From positions 3,189 to 67,188 of IMG/VR virus record IMGVR_UViG_3300024520_000062: DNA of 64,000 nt; one strand, 5' to 3'. Positions within the stretch are counted from its first letter, which is position 1, and each line of letters begins with the position of its first letter. The notes under the pieces were generated by a model. The model worked only from the letters and a program-made list of their open reading frames with translations, was not told the origin of the DNA and ran no database searches. The translations under genes were made by a program, and so were the position numbers. The stretch is from a virus. Below, one piece after another: positions 30,282 through 41,666 of this stretch.

Positions 30282-33274
30282 TGCCATCAGAAGCGGTCAT
30301 CCATGAAATAAGACAGCGGCTGGACTACGCTGGTGTGTTCGGTGATCTGCTTCCCTCAATGAGGGGGAGCGGCACCGAGCGCACGGCGCGGTGCATCTTC
30401 CACAACGACAAGTCTCCGAGCATGTCGATCAACGTGGAGGAGGGATTCTTCATATGTCACAACCCCGAGTGCGCTGCCAAGGGCGATGTGTTCACGTTCG
30501 TCATGCGGGTGCGGTCGCTCACCTTCCCCGAGGCGGTGCGCGAACTCGGCCGGCGAGTGGGCATCGATATCGACGCCCCGGAGCACCGCCCCGACTCTGA
30601 CGCGATCGCTCGGCAACAGGAAGAACTATTGGCACGCTATCAGGCCCGGGCGCAGAAAGAGCCCGAGCCCGAGCGATACGTAGACGAGGCGCTCGTACTG
30701 GCGCACCACACCAAACTGATGAAGACCAAGTCAGTGGTCGAGGCGTTAACCGAGAAGCGGGGCCTGACTAGCGAGACGATGGAGGCGTACACCATTGGTT
30801 GGGACGGGGCCCGGTACTACATCCCGATCAGGGACGTCGAGGGCCGGTGCGTCAACATCCGGCGCTACCGACTGAGCAAGGGCCGGCCGCAGGACAAGAT
30901 GATCAGCTGGCGTCAGGGCTTCGGGCAGGCGCGGCTGTGGCCGATGGAGGCGCTCGACCCCGACGTGGTGTGGTTGGTCGAGGGAGAGATGGACTGCCTG
31001 TTGGCGCTGCAGTACGGGATCAACGCGGTCACGACCACCGGGGGCGCCGGGACGTGGAAGGAGGCGTGGAACGAACTGTTCAAAGGCAAGACGGTTCACA
31101 TCTGCTACGACCGGGACGAGGCCGGGCGCGTGGGTTCGCATCACATCGCCCACCAGCTACTGCCCTACGCCGAGGAGATTCGGATCATCCAGATTCCGAT
31201 CACCGAACCGGCCGGGGCCGACCTCACTGACTACCTCCACGGTCACGGTCACGGCGTAGATGATCTACACCAGTTAGGAGAGGACGCTCCGGTTTTTACG
31301 GTCGAGGTGAATCGGGAAGAGATTGAAGAACCACCAGTCGAGATTCATCTCAGTGAGGCCAGCGAGGCGCAGTACTACAACAAGAAGATCAGAACTGAGA
31401 CGATCGTAATCGGCAAAACCATGAGCCCGTACTACATCCCGAAGCGGGTGGAGATGCGGTGTTCGCTGCCGGGAGTCAAGATGTGCGAGCGGTGCCCCAT
31501 GGCGGGAGAGGGGTACATAGAAAAAATTTTTGACTTAAAGGACGAGGAGGTCGCACAGTTCATCAAGATCACCGACGTTAAACGTGACCAGCAGGTGCGC
31601 CGTCATTTCGGTGTCCCGGCCAAATGCACTTACGTCAAACAGAACATCAAACAGGCTGAGAACCTCGAGGAATGCTCGGTGATCCCTGAGGTGCGCCGGA
31701 CAACTGAGAAACACGAACACGTCACACGGCTGGGGTACTTCATCGGTCACGGCCTGCAGGCGAACCGTTCGTACATCATGACGGGGAAGATGGTGGCTGA
31801 CCCGCAGACACAGCAGGCCACGCTGGTGATCCGGTCGGCCGACGAGAGTCAGTCAAACATCGACGTGTATCAGCTGTCCACCGAGGGCAAGGAAGAACTA
31901 CGGAAGTTCCAACCCGATCGCCCTGACAGCGTCCACGCTCTGTGGCAGAAGGTCGATGAGATCTACGCCGACCTCGAGTGGGCCACTCGCATCTACCAGC
32001 GGCGCGATCTGATGCTGGCGGTGGATCTGGGCTACCACTCTCAGTTGGCGTTCGTGTTTCAGGGGGCGATGGTGGAGCGCGGTTGGATTGAGACACTGGT
32101 GATCGGCGACACGCGGACGGGTAAGAGCGAGACGGTCAAGCAGATGATGCGACACTACGGCGCCGGGGAGGCCACCAGCGGAGAGAACTCCTCACTGGCC
32201 GGGCTGATCGGTGGACTCCACCAAGTGGGCACGACGTGGCAGCTGCGCTGGGGGCGCATCCCACTCAACGATCGGCGGCTGCTGGTGATCGATGAGGCCG
32301 GCAACCTCCGCACTGAGCACATCGGGGCGATGTCCTCGATGCGCTCGAGCGGCGTGGCTGAGGTGACCAAGGTACACACCGAGCGCACCAACGCCCGCAC
32401 GCGCACGATCTGGATCGCGAACCCCCGGTCCAACCAGCCGCTGTCCACATTTCCACAGGGGGTGTTGGCGGTCAAGGAACTGATCGGCGCACCGGAGGAC
32501 ATCGCCCGGTTCGACATCGTGGTTCCCACGGCAAGCTCCGACGTCGGCGCGGCGGTGGTGAACCAACCCAAAGAGGTCGGCCTACCCAAGGTGTTCACAC
32601 CGGAGCTTTGCTACCAGCGAGTGATGTGGGCGTGGTCCCGACAGCGTGACCCGACCGACATGGCGGTGGACTGGGTAGGCAACGCGGAGAGGCTGATCCT
32701 CAAAAGGGCGATGGAACAGGGGGCCGAGTACCAGTACGCCATGGAGATCCCGCTGGTCGAGCCAAACGAGCAACGAATCAAACTCGCTCGGCTGGCCGTG
32801 AGCGCGGCGGCGATGTTCTTCTCGACCGACGAGGCGTGCCAGCGGGTGTTGGTGCGGGAAGAACACGTCGAGTTCGCGTTCCAGTATCTGGAGCGAATGT
32901 ACAAACGTCGAACGATGGGATTCTCTGACTACGCCCGATCGAAGACTCGGTTGTACGTACTGCGGAGTCCCGAGAAGATCGACTTGATCGTCAGCCGGAA
33001 ACACGGTGCCGACGAGCAGCTGTACGAGGGACGGCAGTTCACGCAGCGCGACCTGCAGGAGATTCTCGACTACGACGACAGAGACGAACTGCGTGACGCG
33101 ATGACGACGTTCAGGGACTGTGGGTTCTTTTCCCGACAGGGGTCATCGTTCTATATCAAGACGCCAGCGGCGAACCGCTGGTTGCAGGACAGACTCAACG
33201 GGCCGGATGTGATCGACACGTTGACGGGCGCCATGTCAAATGGCGATGTGGCACCGGAAAAACCACCCTTCTAG
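30281..33274 (+). CDS. Primase-helicase fusion: CHC2 Zn finger + TOPRIM + MCM-type AAA+ helicase
   Basis: CIFHNDKSPS..CHNPEC; VEGEMD and CYDRD (TOPRIM); GDTRTGKS, SLAGLIGG, LLVIDE, ARTRTIWIANP and ARFD (MCM-like motifs). Confidence 0.85.
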   Translation: MPSEAVIHEIRQRLDYAGVFGDLLPSMRGSGTERTARCIFHNDKSPSMSINVEEGFFICHNPECAAKGDVFTFVMRVRSLTFPEAVRELGRRVGIDIDAPEHRPDSDAIARQQEELLARYQARAQKEPEPERYVDEALVLAHHTKLMKTKSVVEALTEKRGLTSETMEAYTIGWDGARYYIPIRDVEGRCVNIRRYRLSKGRPQDKMISWRQGFGQARLWPMEALDPDVVWLVEGEMDCLLALQYGINAVTTTGGAGTWKEAWNELFKGKTVHICYDRDEAGRVGSHHIAHQLLPYAEEIRIIQIPITEPAGADLTDYLHGHGHGVDDLHQLGEDAPVFTVEVNREEIEEPPVEIHLSEASEAQYYNKKIRTETIVIGKTMSPYYIPKRVEMRCSLPGVKMCERCPMAGEGYIEKIFDLKDEEVAQFIKITDVKRDQQVRRHFGVPAKCTYVKQNIKQAENLEECSVIPEVRRTTEKHEHVTRLGYFIGHGLQANRSYIMTGKMVADPQTQQATLVIRSADESQSNIDVYQLSTEGKEELRKFQPDRPDSVHALWQKVDEIYADLEWATRIYQRRDLMLAVDLGYHSQLAFVFQGAMVERGWIETLVIGDTRTGKSETVKQMMRHYGAGEATSGENSSLAGLIGGLHQVGTTWQLRWGRIPLNDRRLLVIDEAGNLRTEHIGAMSSMRSSGVAEVTKVHTERTNARTRTIWIANPRSNQPLSTFPQGVLAVKELIGAPEDIARFDIVVPTASSDVGAAVVNQPKEVGLPKVFTPELCYQRVMWAWSRQRDPTDMAVDWVGNAERLILKRAMEQGAEYQYAMEIPLVEPNEQRIKLARLAVSAAAMFFSTDEACQRVLVREEHVEFAFQYLERMYKRRTMGFSDYARSKTRLYVLRSPEKIDLIVSRKHGADEQLYEGRQFTQRDLQEILDYDDRDELRDAMTTFRDCGFFSRQGSSFYIKTPAANRWLQDRLNGPDVIDTLTGAMSNGDVAPEKPPF

Positions 33275-34457
33275 AAAGGTTACTGACAATGGAGGCAATC
33301 GCAGTGGCGTATGGAGTAATGGTCGCGTTGACGTTGGCATTCAATTTTGGAGCGGCGGCGTTCCTTGATGAGCGTGACGACAACGAAGAAGGCTTGGCGG
33401 ACCTGCTGGTTGAAGACGATGGGAAGTCTAAGCGGTTCGTTGAGGTGTTGGAGATCGACAACCCTGCTTGGCAGCGTCGGCTGATGGCGGGAACATGAGA
33501 ACCAACGACGAGTTGTCCGCGTTGGTACTGCCGTGGGCCTACGAAGAACATCGCGACTGGTACGATGCTACGCTGGCTGTCGCGTCGAACGCCAAGTCGT
33601 TCCGTGTCTACCTACTGCGACTGGTCGAACGTCGCGTCGAGGAAGAGTCGGGGTTCATTCGCACGGTGCCGCTATCTGTGTTGGACGAGACGACCATCAC
33701 GCGAACGGTTAAGTTCCACGGCAAGGAAATAGTGGTAGGTGGCATCAACCCGGTATCGTGGATGCAGTTAAATCAAGACAGCGATGCACTCGAGGCGTGG
33801 CTCGAGACGATAGACCTGTTTGATTTGGAGAAGATGTGATGTACACAGCGAGCTTTCCTCACGCGAACTACCTGCAGGTGGGTGAACTGGAGGAGACGGC
33901 AGTCACGGTGACCACGACGGGGCCACGGTTCGCCCGGGTGCAGTGTATGCGGTGCGGAATGCTCTGGGTTCCGGCGATCCACACGGTCACGGTGCCGGCC
34001 AGCTTCAAACTGAAAAACCTCCCTGCCGGAGCGGAGCTATCGACCATGAACATGGAATTGTCTCACGGGATCGATGGCTGGGACGCGATAGGAAGTGCGA
34101 CCGGCAAACGTATAGGAATCACAGAACCTGAAACGTGGCGTTGCTGCCACCGTGGAGAACGACATTGATCACACAACCGTTGACGAGGGACGTGCGGGAA
34201 CTAGTGGATGCGCTGGCGATAGTCGAGGCGGAACTCGGATTCCAAGTCTCGAGACTGCGTGTGCAGAACAGCGGCGACTCCGATCAGGAACGCGACCACC
34301 TGTTAGATCTGATGGGTGGCTACCTCGTCAGTTATCGATACATCGGCATCCTTAAGCGGTATCATGGCGGTCGCGTCGATCGACGCGAGTCGTCGGTGCC
34401 GCAAGCGGACGGTGACGGGCTCCGGCCCGCCGCCGTCGTTACTGACGAGGTGGAAGA

Positions 34458-35411
34458 ATGAATACAGAAGTCACAACGAACGCGCCACTAGCCATGACCG
34501 ACGAGGGTTACGCCGAGTGGCTCGCCACGCTGGGCAACGCCAGTATCGGTGGTAACGACGTCGCCGCTATCTGTGGACTGAACCCGTGGGCCAAGCCGGC
34601 CGACACATACGACCGGATCATGCGAACGGAGACGCGCCGGGTGAACCCCGCCATGCGACGGGGCATCATGCTGGAGCCGATCGTCGCGCACCTGTACGAG
34701 GAGCAGACCGGCCGGATGCTGCGAACGGCGGAGCATCGGATCAAGACAACCGACTCGGGTGTCCACCTGAGGGCCAACATTGATCGTGAGATCATCGCCC
34801 CCGGCAAACACCGTCCGCTGGAGATCAAAGCACAGGGCATGTCGGCGTACTCCAAACTGGAGGTCGATGGCATCCCGGTCTACTACTGGCTCCAAGGGCA
34901 GCATTACTCCTACGTCTGGGGCTCAAGTTCGTGGGCGTTCTGTTCACTCAACGCCGAGCGGTGGGAGTTGTGGTACAAAGATGTGGAGTTCGACGCCAGC
35001 CAGTACATGGCGGCGTTGGTCAAGGTGGAGGAGTTCTGGCACGAACACGTCGTCCCCCGCAAGAGGCCCGGTGCGTACCTGAAGCTGAGTGTCCAGATGC
35101 CGGTGACGGGCGACCAAACCATCGTCCAGCGAGAAGACCCCGACTGGGTAGCGGCGGTCAGTCACCTGAAGTACGCTCGCAAGGAAGCCGACGAAGCGGC
35201 CGGCCTCAAGAAAGAGGCGGAGCGGGACGTCAAGGAACTGATGGGTGACGACGAGACGGTCGTCGGCGGCGGAGCACGGATCACATGGAAACCGGCGCGG
35301 CGCCGGAAACTGGACGAGAAGCGCCTGCGGGCGGCGCACCCTGAGATCGAGTTGGATGAGTTCTTCGATGTCACGGAGAGTCGGACGTTCCGCCCGACGT
35401 TTGACGAATGA
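34458..35411 (+). CDS. YqaJ/lambda-exonuclease-like viral recombinase nuclease
   Basis: IGGNDVAAICGLNPW, RGIMLEP, ANID, LEIK, YYWLQGQHY. Confidence 0.88.
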   Translation: MNTEVTTNAPLAMTDEGYAEWLATLGNASIGGNDVAAICGLNPWAKPADTYDRIMRTETRRVNPAMRRGIMLEPIVAHLYEEQTGRMLRTAEHRIKTTDSGVHLRANIDREIIAPGKHRPLEIKAQGMSAYSKLEVDGIPVYYWLQGQHYSYVWGSSSWAFCSLNAERWELWYKDVEFDASQYMAALVKVEEFWHEHVVPRKRPGAYLKLSVQMPVTGDQTIVQREDPDWVAAVSHLKYARKEADEAAGLKKEAERDVKELMGDDETVVGGGARITWKPARRRKLDEKRLRAAHPEIELDEFFDVTESRTFRPTFDE

Positions 35412-35553
35412 TCGCCAAACTGCGGGACATGTGGGCGCGGAGTGAGCCAGAGGATCGTGAGGTAGCGCGGCTGGGTATTATGATGATCCTAGTCATGTGG
35501 TTCGGAATGATAATCCCTCTGGCGCTCATGGCAGCCTTCGGGCTGATCAAGTG

Positions 35554-36366
35554 ATGGGGTGCCTCAATAGTGGTGAGGCGTCTTACTGGTTCGGGAACAT
35601 CCACCTCAGTGGCCCGTGCAATCGGTCGTGCTACTTCTGCATCGGCCAGCACATGATGGCGCTCGACAAACTCAACGTCCTCGACACATGGCCGCTGCCG
35701 GGCCTCGATGATTTCGTGGAGCGGTGTCACCATCACGACGTTAAGCAGGTCAATCTGACCGGGACCAACACGGACCCGCTGTTGTACCGCCACCTGACAG
35801 ATTACGCTTTGTGGATGCGACTGAAGATGCCGGGTGTGTCGCTGGGCCTCCGCACCAACGGGGTGGCAAACAAAAAAGCCATCGGCCTGTTCGACCGGGT
35901 CAGCCTGACGATCTGTAGTCTCAACCCGGCCACGTACCGTGAGATGATGGGGCAGGGTGACCCGCCCGACCTCGCAGCCTACGTGGCACACACCGACTTA
36001 AAGGTGAACGTCGTGATGGGACCGGAGAACTGGCAGGAGTTGCCGGGCTTAGTCGCGCAGTGCGAAGCCGCTGGAGTTCGGCGCATGAACCTGCGAGAGC
36101 CCTACGGTCAACCGCACGTCGGCAACCCGATGGAATACTGCCCGGTCGTCGGTGAGGTGTACGGGATGCCGACGTACCAGATCGGCAATCTACTGGTGAC
36201 GTACTGGGACGTTCACTGGTGCGAAGTGGAGTCGGTCAACTTGTACGCCGATGGTCGGATCAGCGAAGAGTACGGGATCACCAAGGGGTGTTCGCCTGAG
36301 GGGATCGTCATGGATCAGACGCACTTCATTCACGGACGCCAGAGAGAGCAGTGGGTGACCACATGA
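35554..36366 (+). CDS. Radical SAM protein
   Basis: CNRSCYFC (CxxxCxxC), LTGTNTDPLL, LRTNG. Confidence 0.85.
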   Translation: MGCLNSGEASYWFGNIHLSGPCNRSCYFCIGQHMMALDKLNVLDTWPLPGLDDFVERCHHHDVKQVNLTGTNTDPLLYRHLTDYALWMRLKMPGVSLGLRTNGVANKKAIGLFDRVSLTICSLNPATYREMMGQGDPPDLAAYVAHTDLKVNVVMGPENWQELPGLVAQCEAAGVRRMNLREPYGQPHVGNPMEYCPVVGEVYGMPTYQIGNLLVTYWDVHWCEVESVNLYADGRISEEYGITKGCSPEGIVMDQTHFIHGRQREQWVTT

Positions 36367-36819
36367 ATTGCGACATCTGCGGCGACGGCGCGAACACCTA
36401 CATTTGTGGGAGGTGCGGCAACCACATCATCGGTGAGCCCGCCTCTTGCAAGAGTTTCGTCGGGACCAACGCGCGGACAGGGGCGGAGGAAGAGGCCGAC
36501 GAGGAATTGTGCCCGCACTGCGTCAGGGAGATCACACCGAACAAGGGCCGCCCAGCATGATCGTCATCACGGTCGAGCACCTGCCCGGCGGTGACGCTCG
36601 CCGGAAGACCGTTATCGGTCGCGCCACTATCTCCAACGACGAGACTGGCAGCGAGGAACTGGGCAACTACCACGCCCATTTCTGGGAGTGGCGCAAGCCC
36701 GGCATGGGGCTGGTCAGACGGTCGCACGTTCTACAATTCGAGCGTATGGTTTACGGTGTCTGGGATCTGGTCAGAGTGGCCCTCTCAGACGCCAAAAAAG
36801 CGGGGGAAGAAATACAATT

Positions 36820-37155
36820 CTGACCGAGCACGCCCTCACCAACAAGGTGAAGAAATGGCTCGATGCGGAGCCTGACCTGTGGTTCGTCAAGATCGCCGGC
36901 GGCAAATTCCAGCGTCCCGGCATCCCAGATCTCCTGCTCTGCGTCCGTGGAGTGTTCGTTGCACTGGAATTGAAGGCGCCCAGCGGCAAGGGGAAATTGT
37001 CCGAATTGCAGAAATTGGAATTGGTGAAGATCCAACGAGCGCATGGCATGACCTATGTTTGCAACAGCTTAGAGGCGGTGAAGGCGGCGGTGCAGGACGT
37101 GAGAGATACAAAAATGGCGACAGAAAATAAAAACTGGGGGCACGGCCGGGCCTAA
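36820..37155 (+). CDS. VRR-NUC domain nuclease/resolvase
   Basis: GIPDLLLC..FVALELK..LSELQ. Probable CTG start at 36820; start uncertain. Confidence 0.82.
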   Translation: MTEHALTNKVKKWLDAEPDLWFVKIAGGKFQRPGIPDLLLCVRGVFVALELKAPSGKGKLSELQKLELVKIQRAHGMTYVCNSLEAVKAAVQDVRDTKMATENKNWGHGRA

Positions 37156-37234
37156 CGAGAATTTTTTTTTGAAAAGTTCACAGCATCTGGAGACACCCCC
37201 CTCCAGTTTTTATTTTCTGTCGCCATTTTTGTAT
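37106..37234. repeat. Inverted-repeat element 2 (32-bp perfect arms)
   Basis: ATACAAAAATGGCGACAGAAAATAAAAACTGG (37106-37137) is the exact reverse complement of 37203-37234. Confidence 0.92.
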
Positions 37235-38703
37235 TCGGTGCAACGGATGGCAGGGTGGCGAAGATCGGTACATTGGCGTACTTTGAAATACAATTGAGGT
37301 TACTGGCATGAATGAGTTAAAGAACCCTGACTTCCACGCTCAAGCTGCGTGGGTTGGCTGGTGGTGCGGGGCCCGAAACCCGCCTGACATGATGGCGCAC
37401 ATGTCCGTGGCGGTCTGGGGGCAGCTGCGGAAGTTCTACCACATTTTCCCGACTCCATTCGCTGACAAACAGCAGCGAATGCATGAAAAAATGATGGCGA
37501 AGCAGACGCCGTCGCCGGTTAACAAGCCAAAGCGAGTCAAACGCCAACGGAGTGAGCACATCAAATAAAGGAGGAAGACGTGAGCTTGTGTGAACGTGCA
37601 TTCTGTGTGAATGAGGCCATCGAGGGGACGGAGACGTGTGAGTGGCACACCGAGGGTTCGCTGAAGAGTCGGGCCCCTGAGTTGGAGGAAGAGCATCGTG
37701 GCTCGCGCCGGGTAGGCGCGGAGGACGTCGCGCTCGACGCGCCGCCGTCGAGGGTTGAGGTGTCGGCTGCTGCTGCCAAGGTGCTGGGCTTCGAAGACGC
37801 CGAGTTACTCCGACGTCAGGTCAAGGCAGAGGTGGAGGCGGAGATCGGCAACGCCAAATTGCTAATCCAGCGCGACATCGACAACGTCCGCTACTACCTC
37901 AAAGAGATCGAACGGGATTTGGAGCGGTTGCCATGACCCCCGAAGACCACGCCGATAAGATCGGAATCAAGGCCGACGAATTAAACAAGCTGATCGCGGA
38001 GGCCTGTGTGGATCACCCACACCTCAAGGTTGAGTTGTTCACGACCGATGTTCGCTCTGCCGTCTCTCGTTACCCCCGCCCGGCAGTACGGGTAGAAATA
38101 TCGGTGGTCTTATGATCCGCAATATTTTCTACGGCAGTCTCATCGTTCTCGCGATCCTACTTGGCATCCAAGGCACGATGATGTTCCTCAAGGTCAACCG
38201 TCAGGTGATCGCCGCCTGTCAGTTGATCGACTCGACCGTCACCACGATGGCCGAGTGCGAGGTGCAGCGTGACTCGCTCAAGGTCGAGGCGAAGCGACGG
38301 CTGGCCGAGGTCCGCGTGATGGTCGGCGCCGAGTTAGACACCCTTGCGGCCAGCTTCGACTCGGTTACCTCACGGGCGGGCTCGACGGCGGTGCGGATCG
38401 AAGGGCTAGTGCGAAGGTGGGCCGATACGACGAAGGCAAAACCATGAGCCCGAAGCTCCGGTTGCGTCTAATCCAGTGCGACGATGGCTCCCGCCGGGTA
38501 GAGAAGGCTGGCGATAAAGAGCGCCACCAAGCCAAAGCGGGCGCGGCCTTCTATGCGACTTGTATGGTGTGCCAGCAGAACATTGGCCACGAGCCGTTCG
38601 ATGAAGTGAAGCCGCGCTCGGCGACGAGTAGTCAGATGGCTCACCGGGACTGCGCCCTCAACCCAGCTACCCACACCAAGAAAATTCAAGACGGGAGGAC
38701 GAT

Positions 38704-39243
38704 GTGAGGAAGGTTCTCTCTTACGACGTTCTCTCCAATCTCTCGTTCGCTCTCATCGGTGGCGCGGTGCTGTGGCAGGCGCATCCGATACGGGGTTGGA
38801 TCGAGACTGGCGTCTACGATTTCACGCCGCTGTTCTTCATGCTGTTCATGGTGGCGGTGGCGCTCAGTAGTGGTGAGTACCACACCGATGATTCGCGCCC
38901 GGCGCACTACGACGTGATGTCGATGTACGCCATCGGTATGTACCTGTTCCTGTACGCGATCCTTGGGCCGGGTTGGTGGCCGCTGGTGGCTGCGCCGATC
39001 ATCGTTGTCGCCTCACGGTGGCTCCGTATGAAGCAACTCGACGTCCCGATGGAGAACAAAATTGGTGGGATGTTCCTCGCTGTGTACGGTATTGCGTTTC
39101 TGTTTCACTGGCAGGAGTGGCAGCTACTCCTCCTTAGTGTGGCTACGTTTTTCATAGGGTTGCAAGTCAGACCTAAACATCACGCCGAATGGCACTTCTT
39201 CGCCGCTGCAGGACTGGGGGCCTTATGGACCGGATTAAGCTGA
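38704..39243 (+). CDS. CREST-superfamily (ceramidase/PAQR-like) membrane protein
   Basis: Multi-TM; SNLSF, SSGEYH (SxxxH), HYDVMSM (Asp) and HAEWH (HxxWH) motifs. Confidence 0.65.
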   Translation: MRKVLSYDVLSNLSFALIGGAVLWQAHPIRGWIETGVYDFTPLFFMLFMVAVALSSGEYHTDDSRPAHYDVMSMYAIGMYLFLYAILGPGWWPLVAAPIIVVASRWLRMKQLDVPMENKIGGMFLAVYGIAFLFHWQEWQLLLLSVATFFIGLQVRPKHHAEWHFFAAAGLGALWTGLS

Positions 39244-39508
39244 AACTTCTTCTCTTCTACGGGGGCGCTGGCGCCGTGGGTTACCTCGTCGGTGGCCCGT
39301 GGTGGAAGTCGATACTAGCCGGGGCTCTCTGGGCCGTCATGTTTCTGGCGGCGGAGGCCCTCTTCTCCAAACCCAAGGCCAAGATCGTGGTGATGCACGG
39401 CACCGACATCGAGCCGGGCGACACCATCTGTATCCGCGACCGGGAGTACACGGTGCTCGCCTCCGAGGGCGACATCATCACCATCGACAGGCCGCTTGAA
39501 CCTGAGGC

Positions 39509-39558
39509 TTGACAGAATATGTACCTTTGATTAGGTTGCTTGGTAGATGGTTACTGGC
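39509..39558 (+). promoter_or_regulatory. Cassette promoter + leader motif
   Basis: TTGACA-17-TAGGTT, then GGTTACTGGC at 39549. Confidence 0.8.
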
Positions 39559-40919
39559 TTAGAGAGGAGCAGGGAATGAGCGTAGAGATCATGAAGGACG
39601 AGCGGAGTGGGCAGCAGATCATGTTCTGCAACACCAGCGACTGGGCCTTCGGCCCCGTCTTCTCCGACGACGAGAGTGCCGAGGGGTTCATCGCATGGCT
39701 GCACGTTGACCCGCGCTCTCTAGATGAGGCCGAGTTGTCGCGCAAGGTGGCCGATTGGCGGGCGGCGAAGCCCCGGTGGAAGTGCGAAGACTGCGACACC
39801 AAGTTCAAGTCTCCCTTGGACGAGTGCCCCGAGTGCGGCGGGTCCGACATTTTCCCAATCGTTCCCAAGGAAGTATCGGACGACGTCTCTCGTAACATGA
39901 CTGGCGTCATGCTGGGCCAGCGGGGGCCACGCCGATGATCATCCAAGTCTCACGTCTGATTCTGCGAGCGAACACCGACCGCCTCATGGCCGACGTCGAG
40001 CAACACATCGTTTCGAACGCCGAGGATTCGGCTGAGTTCTACAACGTGAACTGGGACAAGGTGTCCGACTACATCAGCAACGTGACCGACGCCATCGGTG
40101 GCCTGCCGATAGACGAGCGAGGCAACACCGTGCTGTGGTCCGACCACCCGGTCGCCAAGCTCATGGAGATGGACGAGCCCTGCTACGATTGGTCCGACGT
40201 TCTGGACGAGTATCGCAACCGGGCCCGAAAAGAATTTTTGGATTTTCGAACCGAGTTTCTCCGTATGGTATCAGACAACGGACGTGAATTTGCGAGGTCT
40301 GTATGAACAAAGATGCTCAGAGTCTTCTCTTTGAGGCGGCGAGCGAGTTAAAGGCCGCAAGCCCTGCTGGTCCGTTCGAGATCGGCATGGCGATCACCAG
40401 CGCCGTCACCGCGCTCTGCCTCGCGCTCGAAGACATCCGAGCGCAGCTGGCTGTATCGGACAAGAAGATCGAAGTAACCAACCGGGATGGGAACAAGATT
40501 CTTCTTTCGTCTGACACTATTCAATCTGTCAAGCCGAGCATCATGGTCGTTGACACCGACGTGGTGCCTGACTGCAAGAAATCTTTTCCAGAGGCGGACG
40601 CCGGGGTGCATGACGGTTCGGTGATTTCGTTCAAGCGAGACGTAGATAACGTCTTGGCTCTTGAGACGGTCGAGGAGATCAAGGGGTTGATCAATGGGTG
40701 AACAGTACATGATTTGGTCGCACGAACATCGCATGTGGTGGCGACCGAACCACCAAGGGTACACGAAGAACGTCAAAGAGGCTGGCCTCTACGACGACGT
40801 GGCCGCATTGAGGATTCACGTCAACGCTGTGCCGCACGGCATCGAGGTCGCCGTGCCGGAAGTGACGGCCCGTCGTCATGGCACGAACGTCGTGTTCAAC
40901 GCTGACCCATGGCCGTCCA

Positions 40920-41096
40920 ATGGGTGAGGTCGCTAACGATATGCTCGATGGCCTGATGTGTTCGTGGTGCGGTACGTACTTCGAGAAGGCCCATGGCTTC
41001 CCCGTCCTGTGTGTGGCGTGCGACGACACACGCCGGGCCGACGTCCCCGAGTTATCGCCCGAGGTACAGCGGGCGACCGTGAGGGAGATCCGATGA
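40920..41096 (+). CDS. Small Zn-finger protein
   Basis: MGEVANDMLDGLMCSWC...LCVAC. Confidence 0.6.
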   Translation: MGEVANDMLDGLMCSWCGTYFEKAHGFPVLCVACDDTRRADVPELSPEVQRATVREIR

Positions 41097-41666
41097 TCCG
41101 AGTCAAACTAGTGCCTGAAACGAAGGTGGGTGGTGGAGACTTCGAGGGCGAGACTCCCGCTGTCTTCCGGCCGGCGCACACAATCATCACGGTGGACGCC
41201 GCCGGGCACGCCGATTTCGTCGCCATCCTGCGCGAGGCTCGGTACGGTACGATGCGGAAGCGAGTCGGCAAGCAGACATTCGACGCCGAGGCGATCACCG
41301 AGTTAAAGAGAGTTGAGGAGGCGAGCGCGTCCATCATGGGGTTGCTGGCTTCCCTCGCCCTGACTGACGAGGAAGAGGGGACGGCATCATGACAGCATGG
41401 CGCGTGACGTACTATCATGCAAACGGGAGGCACATGGGGCCCGATACCGACATGTTTTACACGGACAAGGAACGGGCGTTCAAGTGCGGCCTGATCTGCA
41501 CCAAGGACGTCGAAGGCACTACCTTCAAGGTGGACGAGATCTCGATCGCGAGTTAAAGACCTAAGCCAAGTCTCTAAACTGGCCACTCGAGGGGCGCCGG
41601 AGTCGGGCGTTCATCCATAAAATTCGACCTGTGCTGGGCATCACATCCTCTGCCCACTTTCCCCTC

